Shown piece after piece: positions 29,838 to 39,618 of a stretch of 64,000 nucleotides of DNA (its first letter is position 1; each line of letters begins with the position of its first letter). Made by a program: the position numbers and the translations under genes. Location of the stretch: NCBI GenBank assembly GCA_964474885.1, contig CAYYWO010000002.1:67358-131357 (forward strand). Reading direction: 5' to 3'. The notes beneath the pieces were generated by a model. That model searched no databases. It was not told where the DNA came from and saw nothing but the letters and a program-made list of their open reading frames with translations. This DNA is from Candidatus Hadarchaeota archaeon. Its GTDB lineage: Archaea; Hadarchaeota; Hadarchaeia; Hadarchaeales; JAWBSP01.

Positions 29838-31127
29838 AGTCACCTCCGCCCCCAGCTTCTGCAGGTGCTGGACGAAGTCTGGATAGGAAATCCTCACGCA
29901 CTCTATATCCCTCACCAGTGTCTTCCCCCTAGCAACGAGGCCCGCCAGTGCGAACGCCATCGCCATCCTGTGGTCACCGCGGGGATCCAGCAACGCCCCT
30001 TTGAGCTCGGGTACCCCCTGGATGATCAAACCGTCATCCGTCTCCCGTATTCTCGCCCCCATTTTCGAAAGTTCGTGACTCAGAACGGCCAACCTATCGC
30101 TCTCCTTGTACCTAAGGTGCTCGACCCCGAAGATTTCCGTTCTGCCATCCGCAACACATGCGAGGACTGCCAGCACGGGCACGAGATCCGGATTGTGTGA
30201 GCAGTCGATGTCAACACCCGTCAGCTGCCCCTTTTCGACCTCGACCCAGTTCTCCCCGATCCTGACCTCCGAACCCAGCTCTGAAAGGAGGTCCGCGATT
30301 CTCTTGTCACCCTGTGGAAGCTGCAGGTCCAGGTTCCGGACCCTGACCCTCCCAGCCAAGGCGCCGGCCGAGAGCGGGAAGGCGGCCGAGGAAAAATCCC
30401 CTGGAACCTTGAATTTGAAGGGTAAGAGGAACTGGCCACCGGGGATATCGAATTCCGTCAGATTCGGGTTGGCCCTGATCTTCGCCCCTGACCTCCTCAG
30501 AACCTCCAAGGTCATCTCGACGTAGGGTTTGGACTTGAGCGACCCCTCGACCGTTACCCCCACATCCTTTTCCGCGTAAGGGCAGGAGATGAGAAGGGCC
30601 GAAATGAACTGTGAGCTCACGGATCCACTCAGCTCCGTTTCCCCTCCGCGTATCCCCCCACCTTTCACAACAACCGGTGGCCTATCGTTCTCACCCAAGC
30701 AGGAAACCTCCACACCCAAATCCCGGAGTGCCTTGACGAGCGGTCCCATCGGGCGCCTGAGCAAAGAAGCATCTCCAGTCAGGGTCACGGGGGAAGGAGA
30801 GAGTGCCGACACCGCGGTAAAAAAACGCAAAGTCGTACCCGAGTTCCCGGCATCTATTGTATCTCTCCTCGGCTTCAGTACACCTCCCGTCCCATCGATG
30901 AAGTAGGCCTCCCGGGCCCGCTCTATCTTGGCCCCCAAAATCTCGCAGGCAGTCAACGTGGCCTCCGTATCACCGGCCAGCAAAGGTTCACGCATCTCAG
31001 TCCTCCCCTCGGTCAGCATGCCGACGGTGAACACCCTGTGGGTGTAGCTTTTTGAAGGGGGGGCCCTGACGGTCCCCTCAACTCTTGAAGGTTTTACCTC
31101 GAGCAGCATCAAATACCTCGGCTCCAC
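29802..31127 (-). CDS. aroA: EPSP synthase
   Basis: PSKSYTHR, GNSGTTLR, SSQF, GDFSSA, KESDR, DHRMAM. Confidence 0.94.
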   Translation of the reverse strand: MEPRYLMLLEVKPSRVEGTVRAPPSKSYTHRVFTVGMLTEGRTEMREPLLAGDTEATLTACEILGAKIERAREAYFIDGTGGVLKPRRDTIDAGNSGTTLRFFTAVSALSPSPVTLTGDASLLRRPMGPLVKALRDLGVEVSCLGENDRPPVVVKGGGIRGGETELSGSVSSQFISALLISCPYAEKDVGVTVEGSLKSKPYVEMTLEVLRRSGAKIRANPNLTEFDIPGGQFLLPFKFKVPGDFSSAAFPLSAGALAGRVRVRNLDLQLPQGDKRIADLLSELGSEVRIGENWVEVEKGQLTGVDIDCSHNPDLVPVLAVLACVADGRTEIFGVEHLRYKESDRLAVLSHELSKMGARIRETDDGLIIQGVPELKGALLDPRGDHRMAMAFALAGLVARGKTLVRDIECVRISYPDFVQHLQKLGAEVTLHEPLRPQNLS

Positions 31128-31151
31128 TTATGATTAGAGCCCGATTCTACG

Positions 31152-31946
31152 ATGGAGAGACTGACACCGCTCGATTTCCACCAGCTGAAGGAGAAGGGGG
31201 AGAAAATCGTCATGGTAGCGACTTACGATTCCCTGACCGCACAGCTCGTGGAGCAGAGCGAGATCGAAGGGATCCTCGTCGGAGATTCCCTGGCTAACAT
31301 CATGCTGGGTTACCAGACCACCCTCCCGGTGGATATGGAGGAGATGATACGTCATACGAGTGCCGTGGCCAGGGCCACCAGCAGATGCCTGATAGTGGGG
31401 GACATGCCGTTCATGTCCTACCAAGTGAGCGTGGAGCAGGCCGTTCAGAACGCGGGGAGGTTCATCAAGGCAGGAGCCCAAGCCGTGAAGATGGAAGGAG
31501 GGAGGGAGATAACGGATCACGTGAAAAAACTCGTGTCCTATGGGATCCCCGTCATGGGGCATCTGGGGCTGACCCCCCAGAAAATCTACCAACTTGGAGG
31601 ATACAGGGTGGTCGGCAGGGAAAACCAAGTCGCGGAAATGCTAGTCCAGGAGTCCAAGGAGCTCGAGGAGGCCGGCATCTTCTCGCTGGTGCTGGAATGC
31701 ATCCCTTGGAAGCTGGCGAAGCGCATAACTGAAGAGCTCAAAATCCCAACCATAGGGATCGGTGCCGGGCCTTACTGCGATGGGCAGGTGCTAGTTCTCC
31801 ACGATCTCGTTGGCCTGACCCCCAGAGTCCCCAGGTTCGTCAAGAAATATGCGGATCTCAGGTCAGAACTCCTCAGGTGCCTGAGGGAATTTAGGGAGGA
31901 GGTTAAGGCTGGAAAGTTCCCCACGCTCGACCACAGCTACGAGTGA
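31152..31946 (+). CDS. panB: 3-methyl-2-oxobutanoate hydroxymethyltransferase
   Basis: LVGDSL, DMPFMSY, VKMEGG, GHLGLTPQ, GIGAG, GQVLV. Confidence 0.95.
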   Translation: MERLTPLDFHQLKEKGEKIVMVATYDSLTAQLVEQSEIEGILVGDSLANIMLGYQTTLPVDMEEMIRHTSAVARATSRCLIVGDMPFMSYQVSVEQAVQNAGRFIKAGAQAVKMEGGREITDHVKKLVSYGIPVMGHLGLTPQKIYQLGGYRVVGRENQVAEMLVQESKELEEAGIFSLVLECIPWKLAKRITEELKIPTIGIGAGPYCDGQVLVLHDLVGLTPRVPRFVKKYADLRSELLRCLREFREEVKAGKFPTLDHSYE

Positions 31947-32764
31947 CATCTCCTCCGGTAGCCCTCGACACATGCCTGCTTCATCTGCCTGACGAACGAG
32001 GAGATCCGCGGCAAAGCTCTCTCGGGTCTGTCCAGATGCTGGGAGTAGATCTCCGCTATCGCGCTCCCGACAACTACCCCATCCGCCCCTTTCTCCACGA
32101 GTAGCCTTGCCTGCTCAGGTTTCGATATCCCAAATCCTGCCATCAGGGGGAGGGAGGTTCTCGTCCTCACCCTTCTCAGCAGTTCGATCGTCCCCTTCAA
32201 CGGCTCGTCTCTGACCCCTGTTACCCCCTCGAAGTTTATGACATAGAGGAAGCCCGACGCATGGGAGACTATCCTACCCAACCTCTCGTCGGAGGTCGTC
32301 GGGGCGACCTGCAGGATCAAATCGATGCCCTCCTCCCTGCTCAACCGCAGGAGCTCCCCCGCCTCCTCCAGTGGGGCATCCGGAACGAGCAGGCCATCAG
32401 CACCGCATTCCTTCACCTTCCGAACCGCCTCACGTAGCCCCATGGTGTAAAGGATGTTGTAGTACGAGTTCACTATCACTGGAACACCGACCCTCTCCTT
32501 GATTCCGGATATCAGGGCGAGACAACTCCTCGGTGTGGTACCCCCTTGCAGGGCCCTCTCACACGCCAGCGTCAGAGTGGGGCCGTCGGCTATGGGGTCT
32601 GAAAAGGGTATCCCCAGCTCCAGCATGTCTGCACCCGCGTTGACCAGCTCCTCACAGAGAGCGAGTGAGAAGTCCTCGTTCGGATCACCACAGTAGATGT
32701 GCGGCATGAATGCCCCCTCTTTTTTCCTGCACAGCTCCTCAAACTTGAGCTCAAGAGAGCTCAT
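31937..32764 (-). CDS. trpA: Tryptophan synthase alpha chain
   Basis: LELGIPFSDPIADGPT, GVTG, GFGIS, VVGSA. Confidence 0.93.
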   Translation of the reverse strand: MSSLELKFEELCRKKEGAFMPHIYCGDPNEDFSLALCEELVNAGADMLELGIPFSDPIADGPTLTLACERALQGGTTPRSCLALISGIKERVGVPVIVNSYYNILYTMGLREAVRKVKECGADGLLVPDAPLEEAGELLRLSREEGIDLILQVAPTTSDERLGRIVSHASGFLYVINFEGVTGVRDEPLKGTIELLRRVRTRTSLPLMAGFGISKPEQARLLVEKGADGVVVGSAIAEIYSQHLDRPERALPRISSFVRQMKQACVEGYRRRCHS

Positions 32765-33926
32765 TTTCCAGCCTCTTGAGAATTACATCCAGGTCCTTGT
32801 CGCCCCTTCCGGAGTAGTTGATCACCACTATTTCATCCCGGTCGAATTCCTCGGGGTGGTTCAGCACATAAGCGATCGCGTGAGCCGTCTCCAGGGCGGG
32901 AATCAGGCCTTCCAGCTTACACGTCACCTTGACCGCTTGGAAGACCTCCTCATCAAAAGCGAAACAGGGCTTAACCCTCCCCGTTTCGACCAGGTGCGAG
33001 ATCTCCGGACCCCTACCTGGATAATTCAAGCCAGCTGCACGGGTCTTGGAGGGCAAAACCTGACCGTGCCCATCCTGGAGCAGCTGCATGATCGCACCAT
33101 GCAGGACCCCCGGCCTGCCCAGCGTGAAGGCGGCCGCACTGTTTTCGGCTTTCAAGCTCTCTCCACCCCCTTCCACAAAGTACAATCTCACCTGCTCGTC
33201 CTGCAGGAAGGCCCGGAAGGCCCCGATCGCATTGCTCCCACCGCTCCCGCACGCCACTATAGCGTCGGGGAGTCTCCCCTCCTTCTCCAGTATCTGCGCT
33301 CTGATTTCCCTCCCTATCACGCTCTGGAAGGTAGCCACGATCTCGGGAAAAGGATGGGGGCCAACGGTGGAACCCATGACGTAGTGCGTGTCACGAGAGC
33401 ATCTTGCCCACTCCCGCAACGTATCCGAAACCGCGTCCTTCAAGAGCCCCCTGCCAAATTTAACGGGGGTGACTTTGGCTCCCAAGAGACGCATGCGCTT
33501 GACGTTGCTCGCCTGCCTCTCCATGTCACGGACTCCCATGAAGATCTCCACCTCCAGTCCCAGCACGTTGCCAGCCATTGCGACGGAAATTCCATGCTGG
33601 CCGGCTGCCGTTTCGGTTATGAGCCTTCTCTTTTTCATCCACTTCGCAAGGAGGGCCTGACCTAGAGAATTGTTCAGCTTGTGCGAGCCCCCCGTCACCT
33701 GGTCCTCTCTCTTCAGGTAGATTTTGCATCCCACCCGCTCGCTCAGCCTCCTCGCGTGGTAGAGGGGAGTCGGTCTGCCGGCATAGTCCCTCAGCAACAC
33801 ATTGAGCTCCCGCTGGAATTCCGGAGTTGGGTATATCCGCTGGAAAGCCTCTTCCAGCTCCAAGAGCGCGTGCATCAGCACTTCGGGTGCAAAACAGCCG
33901 CCGAAGTTCCCGTACCTGCTCTTCAT
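32751..33926 (-). CDS. trpB: Tryptophan synthase beta chain
   Basis: KRED..GSHKLNN, ETAAGQHG, GPHPFP, GGSNAIG, SGRGDKD. Confidence 0.93.
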   Translation of the reverse strand: MKSRYGNFGGCFAPEVLMHALLELEEAFQRIYPTPEFQRELNVLLRDYAGRPTPLYHARRLSERVGCKIYLKREDQVTGGSHKLNNSLGQALLAKWMKKRRLITETAAGQHGISVAMAGNVLGLEVEIFMGVRDMERQASNVKRMRLLGAKVTPVKFGRGLLKDAVSDTLREWARCSRDTHYVMGSTVGPHPFPEIVATFQSVIGREIRAQILEKEGRLPDAIVACGSGGSNAIGAFRAFLQDEQVRLYFVEGGGESLKAENSAAAFTLGRPGVLHGAIMQLLQDGHGQVLPSKTRAAGLNYPGRGPEISHLVETGRVKPCFAFDEEVFQAVKVTCKLEGLIPALETAHAIAYVLNHPEEFDRDEIVVINYSGRGDKDLDVILKRLENELS

Positions 33927-34564
33927 CCCAAACCCCTCACTGCCTCGATGAACCTCATCATCAAGTGTGGATTCTTCTTACCGGGGGAGGACTCGACCCC
34001 AGTTGCCACATCCACTCCGGCAGGTTGTACGATCCTTATGGCCTCAACCACATTTTCTGGATTCAGCCCACCAGCGAGGAGGATGGGCTTATTCAATCTC
34101 TCCCGGAGTTTCCTATCCACTTCCCAGTCGTGGGTCCTCCCGCTTCCCCCTCCCTCCTTTACTTGCGTGTCCAGCAGAATGAAGTCCGAGAATACCTCGA
34201 GCTTCCTAGCCCTCTCGAGGAGTCTTCCGAAATCTGCCTGAGCGGTGGGGACGGGGAGCACGGCTATTATCCCCGAGGATAGACTCGACTTGGCCTGTGC
34301 GATGAGCTCCAGCTTTGTGGAGGGATGGAACTGGAAGTAGTCAGGAGAAAGCTCGTCTTGGAGCTGCAAAAGCTCTCCCAGATTTCTGGGTTTACAGACA
34401 ACCACCCGCTTGCATTCAACGCTGGAAAGCAGTTCCTTGGCTTGTCGTACGCTAACCCGGCGTTTCGATCCCTCGACCAAGATGGTCCCAACCATGTCTG
34501 CCCCAAGTTCGCATGCCAGTTTTATGTCCTGAGGCTGCGTGAACCCGCAGATCTTGACTATCAT
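33923..34564 (-). CDS. trpF: Phosphoribosylanthranilate isomerase
   Basis: VKICG, GGSGRTHDW, LAGGLNPENV, GVDVATGVE. Confidence 0.92.
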   Translation of the reverse strand: MIVKICGFTQPQDIKLACELGADMVGTILVEGSKRRVSVRQAKELLSSVECKRVVVCKPRNLGELLQLQDELSPDYFQFHPSTKLELIAQAKSSLSSGIIAVLPVPTAQADFGRLLERARKLEVFSDFILLDTQVKEGGGSGRTHDWEVDRKLRERLNKPILLAGGLNPENVVEAIRIVQPAGVDVATGVESSPGKKNPHLMMRFIEAVRGLG

Positions 34565-35319
34565 GCCATTGCCCCCACGAATTCCCTGACTTTCGCTTCG
34601 GGGTCCGGGGCCCTCATCAATGCCGTGCCAACGAGTATGGCATCCGCACCCGCGCGGACGACCCTCCGGGCATCCTCAGGAGTCCGTATGCCGCTCTCGC
34701 TGACCACGATGAAATCATCCGGTATCTTCGGCGCCAGCTTTTCCGTAACGGACAGGTCCACCTCCAGAGTTTCTAGGTCTCTATTGTTTATACCGATCAT
34801 CTCAGCACCTGACTCCAGTGCGAGTTCAAGTTCCTCCTCGTCGTGTACCTCCACCAGCGGCTCCAAGCCCAGCTCCAAGCTCCTTTGTACGAAGTGCTTC
34901 AGCCTTTTCCCCAGCACCTTGGCTATAAGCAGGACGGCATCTGCACCTAAATGTGCCGACTCCAGCAGTTGGTACTCGTCCACGATAAAGTCCTTGCGCA
35001 GGATCGGAACATCTACCCTGCGGGAGACCCTGGTGATGTAGGATGCGTGCCCCGCAAAAAAATCTTCCTCCGTTAGCACGGACAGGGCTACGGCACCGCC
35101 CCTCACCATTGCCTCAGCGAGCTCCTCCACCCCCTCCGAACTCGTTAGCCGCCCCGCTGACGGGGATGCCCGCTTTATTTCCGCAACAACAGGGAGATTT
35201 TCGCATCCCATGATTGCCGAACTGAGACTGCGGGATTCCCTCCGCACGGGTTCCAAGGGGTGCTCCGCTTTCCTCCCCTTCACCTTTTCCCGAGTCCTCG
35301 CGATTATCGTCGCTAGCAT
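34561..35319 (-). CDS. trpC: Indole-3-glycerol-phosphate synthase
   Basis: [35 protein letters not shown]. Confidence 0.94.
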   Translation of the reverse strand: MLATIIARTREKVKGRKAEHPLEPVRRESRSLSSAIMGCENLPVVAEIKRASPSAGRLTSSEGVEELAEAMVRGGAVALSVLTEEDFFAGHASYITRVSRRVDVPILRKDFIVDEYQLLESAHLGADAVLLIAKVLGKRLKHFVQRSLELGLEPLVEVHDEEELELALESGAEMIGINNRDLETLEVDLSVTEKLAPKIPDDFIVVSESGIRTPEDARRVVRAGADAILVGTALMRAPDPEAKVREFVGAMA

Positions 35320-36371
35320 GCCGCCAGTTCCATTTTTCTAAGCTGCTGGATGTCTCCCCCGGTCTCCGTCAAGAATTCCACGAGCTTTTGGTATGCCTTT
35401 CCGGAGTCTATCAGCTGGGAGGCAACCTCCAAACCCTCCTTGATGTCCTTCACAAGTCCTCCGACCTTGAGGGCCGCACCAGCGTTGAGGAGAACTATAT
35501 CCCTCCTAGCTCCCCGCTCCTGTCCTCTCAGGATTCTCAGCAAGATCTTCGCGTTCTCCTCGGCGTTCCCCCCGAGGAGCTCGGAGGGTTTTGCCCGGCG
35601 TATGCCGAAGTCCTCCACCTGAACGACGTAGCTCTCCACCCTACCATTCCTCAGCTCGGAAATCTTGGTGGGACCCAGCGTTGAAATCTCATCCAAGCCG
35701 TCCAGCCCGTGTACTACCATCGCCCTCTCACAGCCCAGTCTTTGTAGTACTTGGGCCACTTTCTCGGTGAGGGCCGCATCGTAAACCCCCAACAGCTGGG
35801 TTTTGACGAAAGCTGGATTCGTGAGGGGGCCCAGTATATTAAAAACTGTTCTCACTCCCAGCTCCCTCCGCACGGGGGTGGCATACCTCATGGCCGGATG
35901 GAACTTCGGGGCGAAAATGAATCCGAACCCAATCCTCTCTATCGATGATTTTACTTCAGCCGGTTCCAAGCTTATCCTCGCTCCAAGCACCTCCAGGACA
36001 TCCGCACTCCCCGCCTTGCTCGTGACCGACCGGTTCCCGTGCTTGGCTACCGGGATGCCGGCTGCTGCCACCACAAAGGCGGCGCATGTGCTCACGTTGA
36101 ACGTCTTTATCCTGTCACCCCCTGTCCCACAGGTGTCCATCATCGCCCTGTCGACCTCTGGTTCGACTCTGATGGCGAATTCCCTCATGACTTCGGCAAA
36201 AGCCGTTACTTCCTCCACGGTCTCCCCCTTCATCCGCAAGGCCACAAGAAAAGCTGCGATCTGCGTGGGTTTCGCCCTTCCCGACATCAAGTCCTTCATC
36301 GCCTCCCTAGCTTCTCCACGGGTCAGATCGGAACCGCCCAGCACTTTCGAAAGAGCTTGCTGCAGGCTCAA
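35313..36371 (-). CDS. trpD: Anthranilate phosphoribosyltransferase
   Basis: [43 protein letters not shown]. Confidence 0.95.
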   Translation of the reverse strand: MSLQQALSKVLGGSDLTRGEAREAMKDLMSGRAKPTQIAAFLVALRMKGETVEEVTAFAEVMREFAIRVEPEVDRAMMDTCGTGGDRIKTFNVSTCAAFVVAAAGIPVAKHGNRSVTSKAGSADVLEVLGARISLEPAEVKSSIERIGFGFIFAPKFHPAMRYATPVRRELGVRTVFNILGPLTNPAFVKTQLLGVYDAALTEKVAQVLQRLGCERAMVVHGLDGLDEISTLGPTKISELRNGRVESYVVQVEDFGIRRAKPSELLGGNAEENAKILLRILRGQERGARRDIVLLNAGAALKVGGLVKDIKEGLEVASQLIDSGKAYQKLVEFLTETGGDIQQLRKMELAAC

Positions 36372-36943
36372 CCCACCAACTCCAGGAAGTTTCTCACCAG
36401 TCTCTTGCCGTGCGGGGTCAGGATGGACTCCGGGTGAAACTGAACACCGTAGACGGGACGATCTCTGTACCTGATCCCCATTATTTCCCTGTCCCTATCG
36501 TCGGTCTCCGCAATTATCTCCAGACACTTGGGCAGGCTCCGTCGATCCACGGCCAGGGAATGGTAGCGTGTAGCCTCGAAGGGATTGGGGATCCCCTGAA
36601 ATATCTCCCCGCCAAAATACCTGATCCTGGAAACCTTGCCGTGCATCAGCCGTTTCGCCTGCACGACGCGGCCACCGAAGGCATATGCAATTACCTGATG
36701 TCCGAGGCACACGCCCAGGATGGGGATGCGATCCACAAAGTATTCCACTGCACGCACCGATACACCTGCCGTCTCGGGTCTGCCCGGACCCGGGGAAATT
36801 ATCATGCAGTCCGGTTCCGCTTTGACGATGGCCCGCAGGCTCGTGTCGTTCCTGAAGACCACAGGGTCTGCTCCCAGTTCCCCGACGTAATGAACTAGGT
36901 TGTAAACGAATGAATCCACGTTATCTATAACCGCCACCTTCAC
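36368..36943 (-). CDS. trpG: Anthranilate synthase component II (glutamine amidotransferase)
   Basis: DNVDSF, SPGPG, GVCLGHQ, RYHSL, QFHPES. Confidence 0.94.
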   Translation of the reverse strand: MKVAVIDNVDSFVYNLVHYVGELGADPVVFRNDTSLRAIVKAEPDCMIISPGPGRPETAGVSVRAVEYFVDRIPILGVCLGHQVIAYAFGGRVVQAKRLMHGKVSRIRYFGGEIFQGIPNPFEATRYHSLAVDRRSLPKCLEIIAETDDRDREIMGIRYRDRPVYGVQFHPESILTPHGKRLVRNFLELVG

Positions 36944-38289
36944 TGCCTCACCCCTGCTGCAACCAAGAGGGCTCTCGCTTTGTTCTGGGTCTCCAAGTAC
37001 TCCTGCGAGGGAATCGAGTCGGCCACGATCCCGGCACCCACCTGGATGTACGCCGCGTCTCTCCCTGCCACCAGCGTTCTTATCGTTATTGCAAAATCAG
37101 CATCCCCGGTGAAGCTGAAGAACCCAACCGCCCCCGCGTAGATCCCTCTGGAAGTCGGTTCGAGTTCCTCTATTATCTCCATCGCCCTCACCTTGGGGGC
37201 TCCGGTAACAGTCCCTGCTGGAAAGGTTGCCCGAAGGATATCGAAGGCGTCCGTTCCCTCCCTCACCTTTCCCACAACGTTGCTGACCAAGTGCTGCACA
37301 TGGCTGTATTTCTCAACCCGCATGAATTCCGTCACCCGAACAGAACCAAACTCCGAGACCTTCCCCAGATCATTCCTGGCGAGATCTACCAGCATCACAT
37401 GCTCGGCCCTTTCCTTCTCGTCATGGATCAGCTCCCGCTCCATGAGCTCCTCGTCCTTGGAGTTGAGTCCCCGTCTCCGCGTCCCCGCGATGGGTCTCGT
37501 GGTGACCTCCCTGCCCTCCTTCCTGACGAGAACCTCCGGACTTGAACCCACAACCTTCCACCCAAGAAAGTCGAGGAAAAACATGTAAGGTGATGGATTT
37601 ATTCTCCTCAACCTCTTGTAGAACATCTCGAGATCGGGGCAGGGACTGAGGCGGAAGCGCCTGGAAAGAACTACCTGAATCACCTCTCCCGCCCTTATGT
37701 AACCTTTGGCCTCCCTCACCATTTTCTCAAACTCTCCTCTGCTCATGTTGCAGGAGACCCTAGGTCGGACGTTGGCTGGGGAAGAGGATTTGTACCTTGC
37801 GAGTGCAAGAAGTGCCTTGAGTTCCGCACGTATGTCAGCTACAGCTTTCCCGCGTCCGAGTGAAAGGAACACAAAATGGGTTTTTGACATGACGTGATCC
37901 ACCACAACGACCTTTGAAGGCACCATGAATTCCAAAATCGGCTGCCTGAGATCGTCCACGGTGAGTTTCCTTATGCCGTAGAGATACCTGACATAGTCGT
38001 AGCTGAGGTAACCGACACAGGGTGTGAAGTAGGGCAGGCCACAACTTTTGATTCTATCCAAGACCGCCGATCTCTCCAAGACTCGGAGCGGGTCGGCGCC
38101 ACCTGAGTTGTCTACCCTGATGTACAGGAGAGGATCGAATCCCAAAACGGAATGCCTCCCTCCCGCCACGGACGAGGCTCCCGACTCCAGCAGGAAGCAT
38201 GGGGTGCCCCTACGCCGGATCCCAAAGAACATCCTAGCCGGGTCTACCCCGGAATTCAGCTCCAGATGTGCCAGTTTGAGTTCTCCCAT
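36940..38289 (-). CDS. trpE: Anthranilate synthase component I
   Basis: LLES, QVVLSR, NPSPYM, GSSPE, RPIAGT, AEHVMLVDLARND, FPAGTVTGAPK. Confidence 0.93.
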   Translation of the reverse strand: MGELKLAHLELNSGVDPARMFFGIRRRGTPCFLLESGASSVAGGRHSVLGFDPLLYIRVDNSGGADPLRVLERSAVLDRIKSCGLPYFTPCVGYLSYDYVRYLYGIRKLTVDDLRQPILEFMVPSKVVVVDHVMSKTHFVFLSLGRGKAVADIRAELKALLALARYKSSSPANVRPRVSCNMSRGEFEKMVREAKGYIRAGEVIQVVLSRRFRLSPCPDLEMFYKRLRRINPSPYMFFLDFLGWKVVGSSPEVLVRKEGREVTTRPIAGTRRRGLNSKDEELMERELIHDEKERAEHVMLVDLARNDLGKVSEFGSVRVTEFMRVEKYSHVQHLVSNVVGKVREGTDAFDILRATFPAGTVTGAPKVRAMEIIEELEPTSRGIYAGAVGFFSFTGDADFAITIRTLVAGRDAAYIQVGAGIVADSIPSQEYLETQNKARALLVAAGVRQ

Positions 38290-38304
38290 CTTCTCTAACG
38301 TTAA

Positions 38305-38369
38305 TGTTCAATTTAATACTTTATTGCTCATTTTTGTACATCAATTAAAACAACGAATTTAAAATGAGC
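38305..38369. promoter_or_regulatory. Divergent trpE/histone promoter with TRP-box-like hexamers and a 9-bp inverted repeat
   Basis: TGTACA 38335-38340, one-mismatch TGTTCA 38305-38310, GCTCATTTT (38326-34) / AAAATGAGC (38361-69). Confidence 0.4.
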
Positions 38370-38393
38370 TGAGCAAAACCAAGGAGGTGGAAC

Positions 38394-38612
38394 ATGGCCA
38401 AGAAAAAAGCGAAGGAAAAAGTTTCCATCCCGGCCGCCACCATCGTCAGACTACTGAAAAGTGCTGGAGCTGACAGAGTGGCGGGAGATGTACCAGATGC
38501 CGTGAACAAAATCCTGCTGGAGATAGCAAAGGCTGCCGTCCGATCCGCCAAGGCAGCCGGCAGAAAGACCGTTAGCTCCGAGGACTTCCGGCTGGTGGTG
38601 GTCTCGGGATAA
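38394..38612 (+). CDS. Archaeal histone variant (Lys-rich N-tail, shortened alpha-2)
   Basis: IPAATIVRLLKSAGADRV and AGRKTVSSEDF histone-fold loops; GGAGGTG RBS upstream. Confidence 0.88.
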   Translation: MAKKKAKEKVSIPAATIVRLLKSAGADRVAGDVPDAVNKILLEIAKAAVRSAKAAGRKTVSSEDFRLVVVSG

Positions 38613-38668
38613 AGCTGGAGGTTTTGGGTTTTTATTATCTTTTGTTCTTTTCAGGCGCCCAGCTGGTA

Positions 38669-39076
38669 CTAGGCGCTTACTTTCACCCGCTCTATTTTCC
38701 GCCTCCCTAGGGCTTCGATGTACTCCACCTCAACCCCTTCCTTCACTTCGCCCCTGAGCTCGAGAGGAATGGGCAACTCAAAGGTCTCGTACGTCTCGAG
38801 ATCCATGAGGTGCGCATTGTTCTCCACGATGGCCAAAACTTGGGCGCTTCCGCGCTTGACAATTGGGACCTCGGCCCTGGCGCTCGTTGGTTTAACTATA
38901 CTCCTCTTTTGGCCGTCGAAGAGGCCTATCGCGTCTATCTTGGCCTTGGCGTGGCCGTGCTTTCCCGGTGCCGAAGTTGCAAATCCAACGATCTTGCACG
39001 GCTCCCCATCTATTACTATGAATCTCCCCTCCCTCAGTTTCCCGATCTCCGTTACCTCAACTTCCATACCCTTCAT
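38669..39076 (-). CDS. eif5a: Translation factor aIF-5A
   Basis: SAPGKHGHAK hypusine motif, LMDLETYETF. Confidence 0.96.
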   Translation of the reverse strand: MKGMEVEVTEIGKLREGRFIVIDGEPCKIVGFATSAPGKHGHAKAKIDAIGLFDGQKRSIVKPTSARAEVPIVKRGSAQVLAIVENNAHLMDLETYETFELPIPLELRGEVKEGVEVEYIEALGRRKIERVKVSA

Positions 39077-39099
39077 AGTTCTACGGTTTAAAGAAGCAT

Positions 39100-39612
39100 A
39101 TGCGGGGGCAAGTGATGGACAAGGCTCGGAAATCCTGCCTCGTTTTGGATGCCAGTGCCTTGATCTCCTCCCCTGTTACTTTTGAGGGATACACCGTGAA
39201 GGAAATCATAGAGGAGGTCAAGAGTTTTCCCGCGAGCACCCGAGTTCTCCCACAGAAGATCCAAGTGATGGAACCTAGGCCCGAGCTGGTGAAGAAAGTT
39301 GAGAACGCAACGAAGCAAACCGGCGATCGCCTTTCAGTGGCTGACACCAAGCTTATCGCACTTGCCTTAGAACTCTCGGAGAAAGGAAAAGATCCCGTAA
39401 TCACAACGGACGATTTTTCGATACAAAATGTCGCGGCCTTCCTAGGCCTGAACTACAGACCTGTCCTGACGCAAGGGATCAAAGAGGCTATCAAGTGGAT
39501 CTGGATTTGCCCCACCTGTAACAGGAGCTATCCGAGCTTCAGGGCAAGATGCGAAGTGTGTGGGGGGAAGCTCGTCAAAAGGGTGTCAAGGCGATATAAA
39601 ATCGGGGGATAG
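39100..39612 (+). CDS. nob1: Nob1 rRNA endonuclease (PIN + zinc ribbon)
   Basis: VLDASA, LSVAD, TDDFSIQNVA, CPTC/CEVCG. Confidence 0.9.
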   Translation: MRGQVMDKARKSCLVLDASALISSPVTFEGYTVKEIIEEVKSFPASTRVLPQKIQVMEPRPELVKKVENATKQTGDRLSVADTKLIALALELSEKGKDPVITTDDFSIQNVAAFLGLNYRPVLTQGIKEAIKWIWICPTCNRSYPSFRARCEVCGGKLVKRVSRRYKIGG

Positions 39613-39618
39613 GTTGGG

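Noticed and set aside
32697-33665. 322-aa plus-strand ORF
   Set aside because: Antisense shadow of trpB
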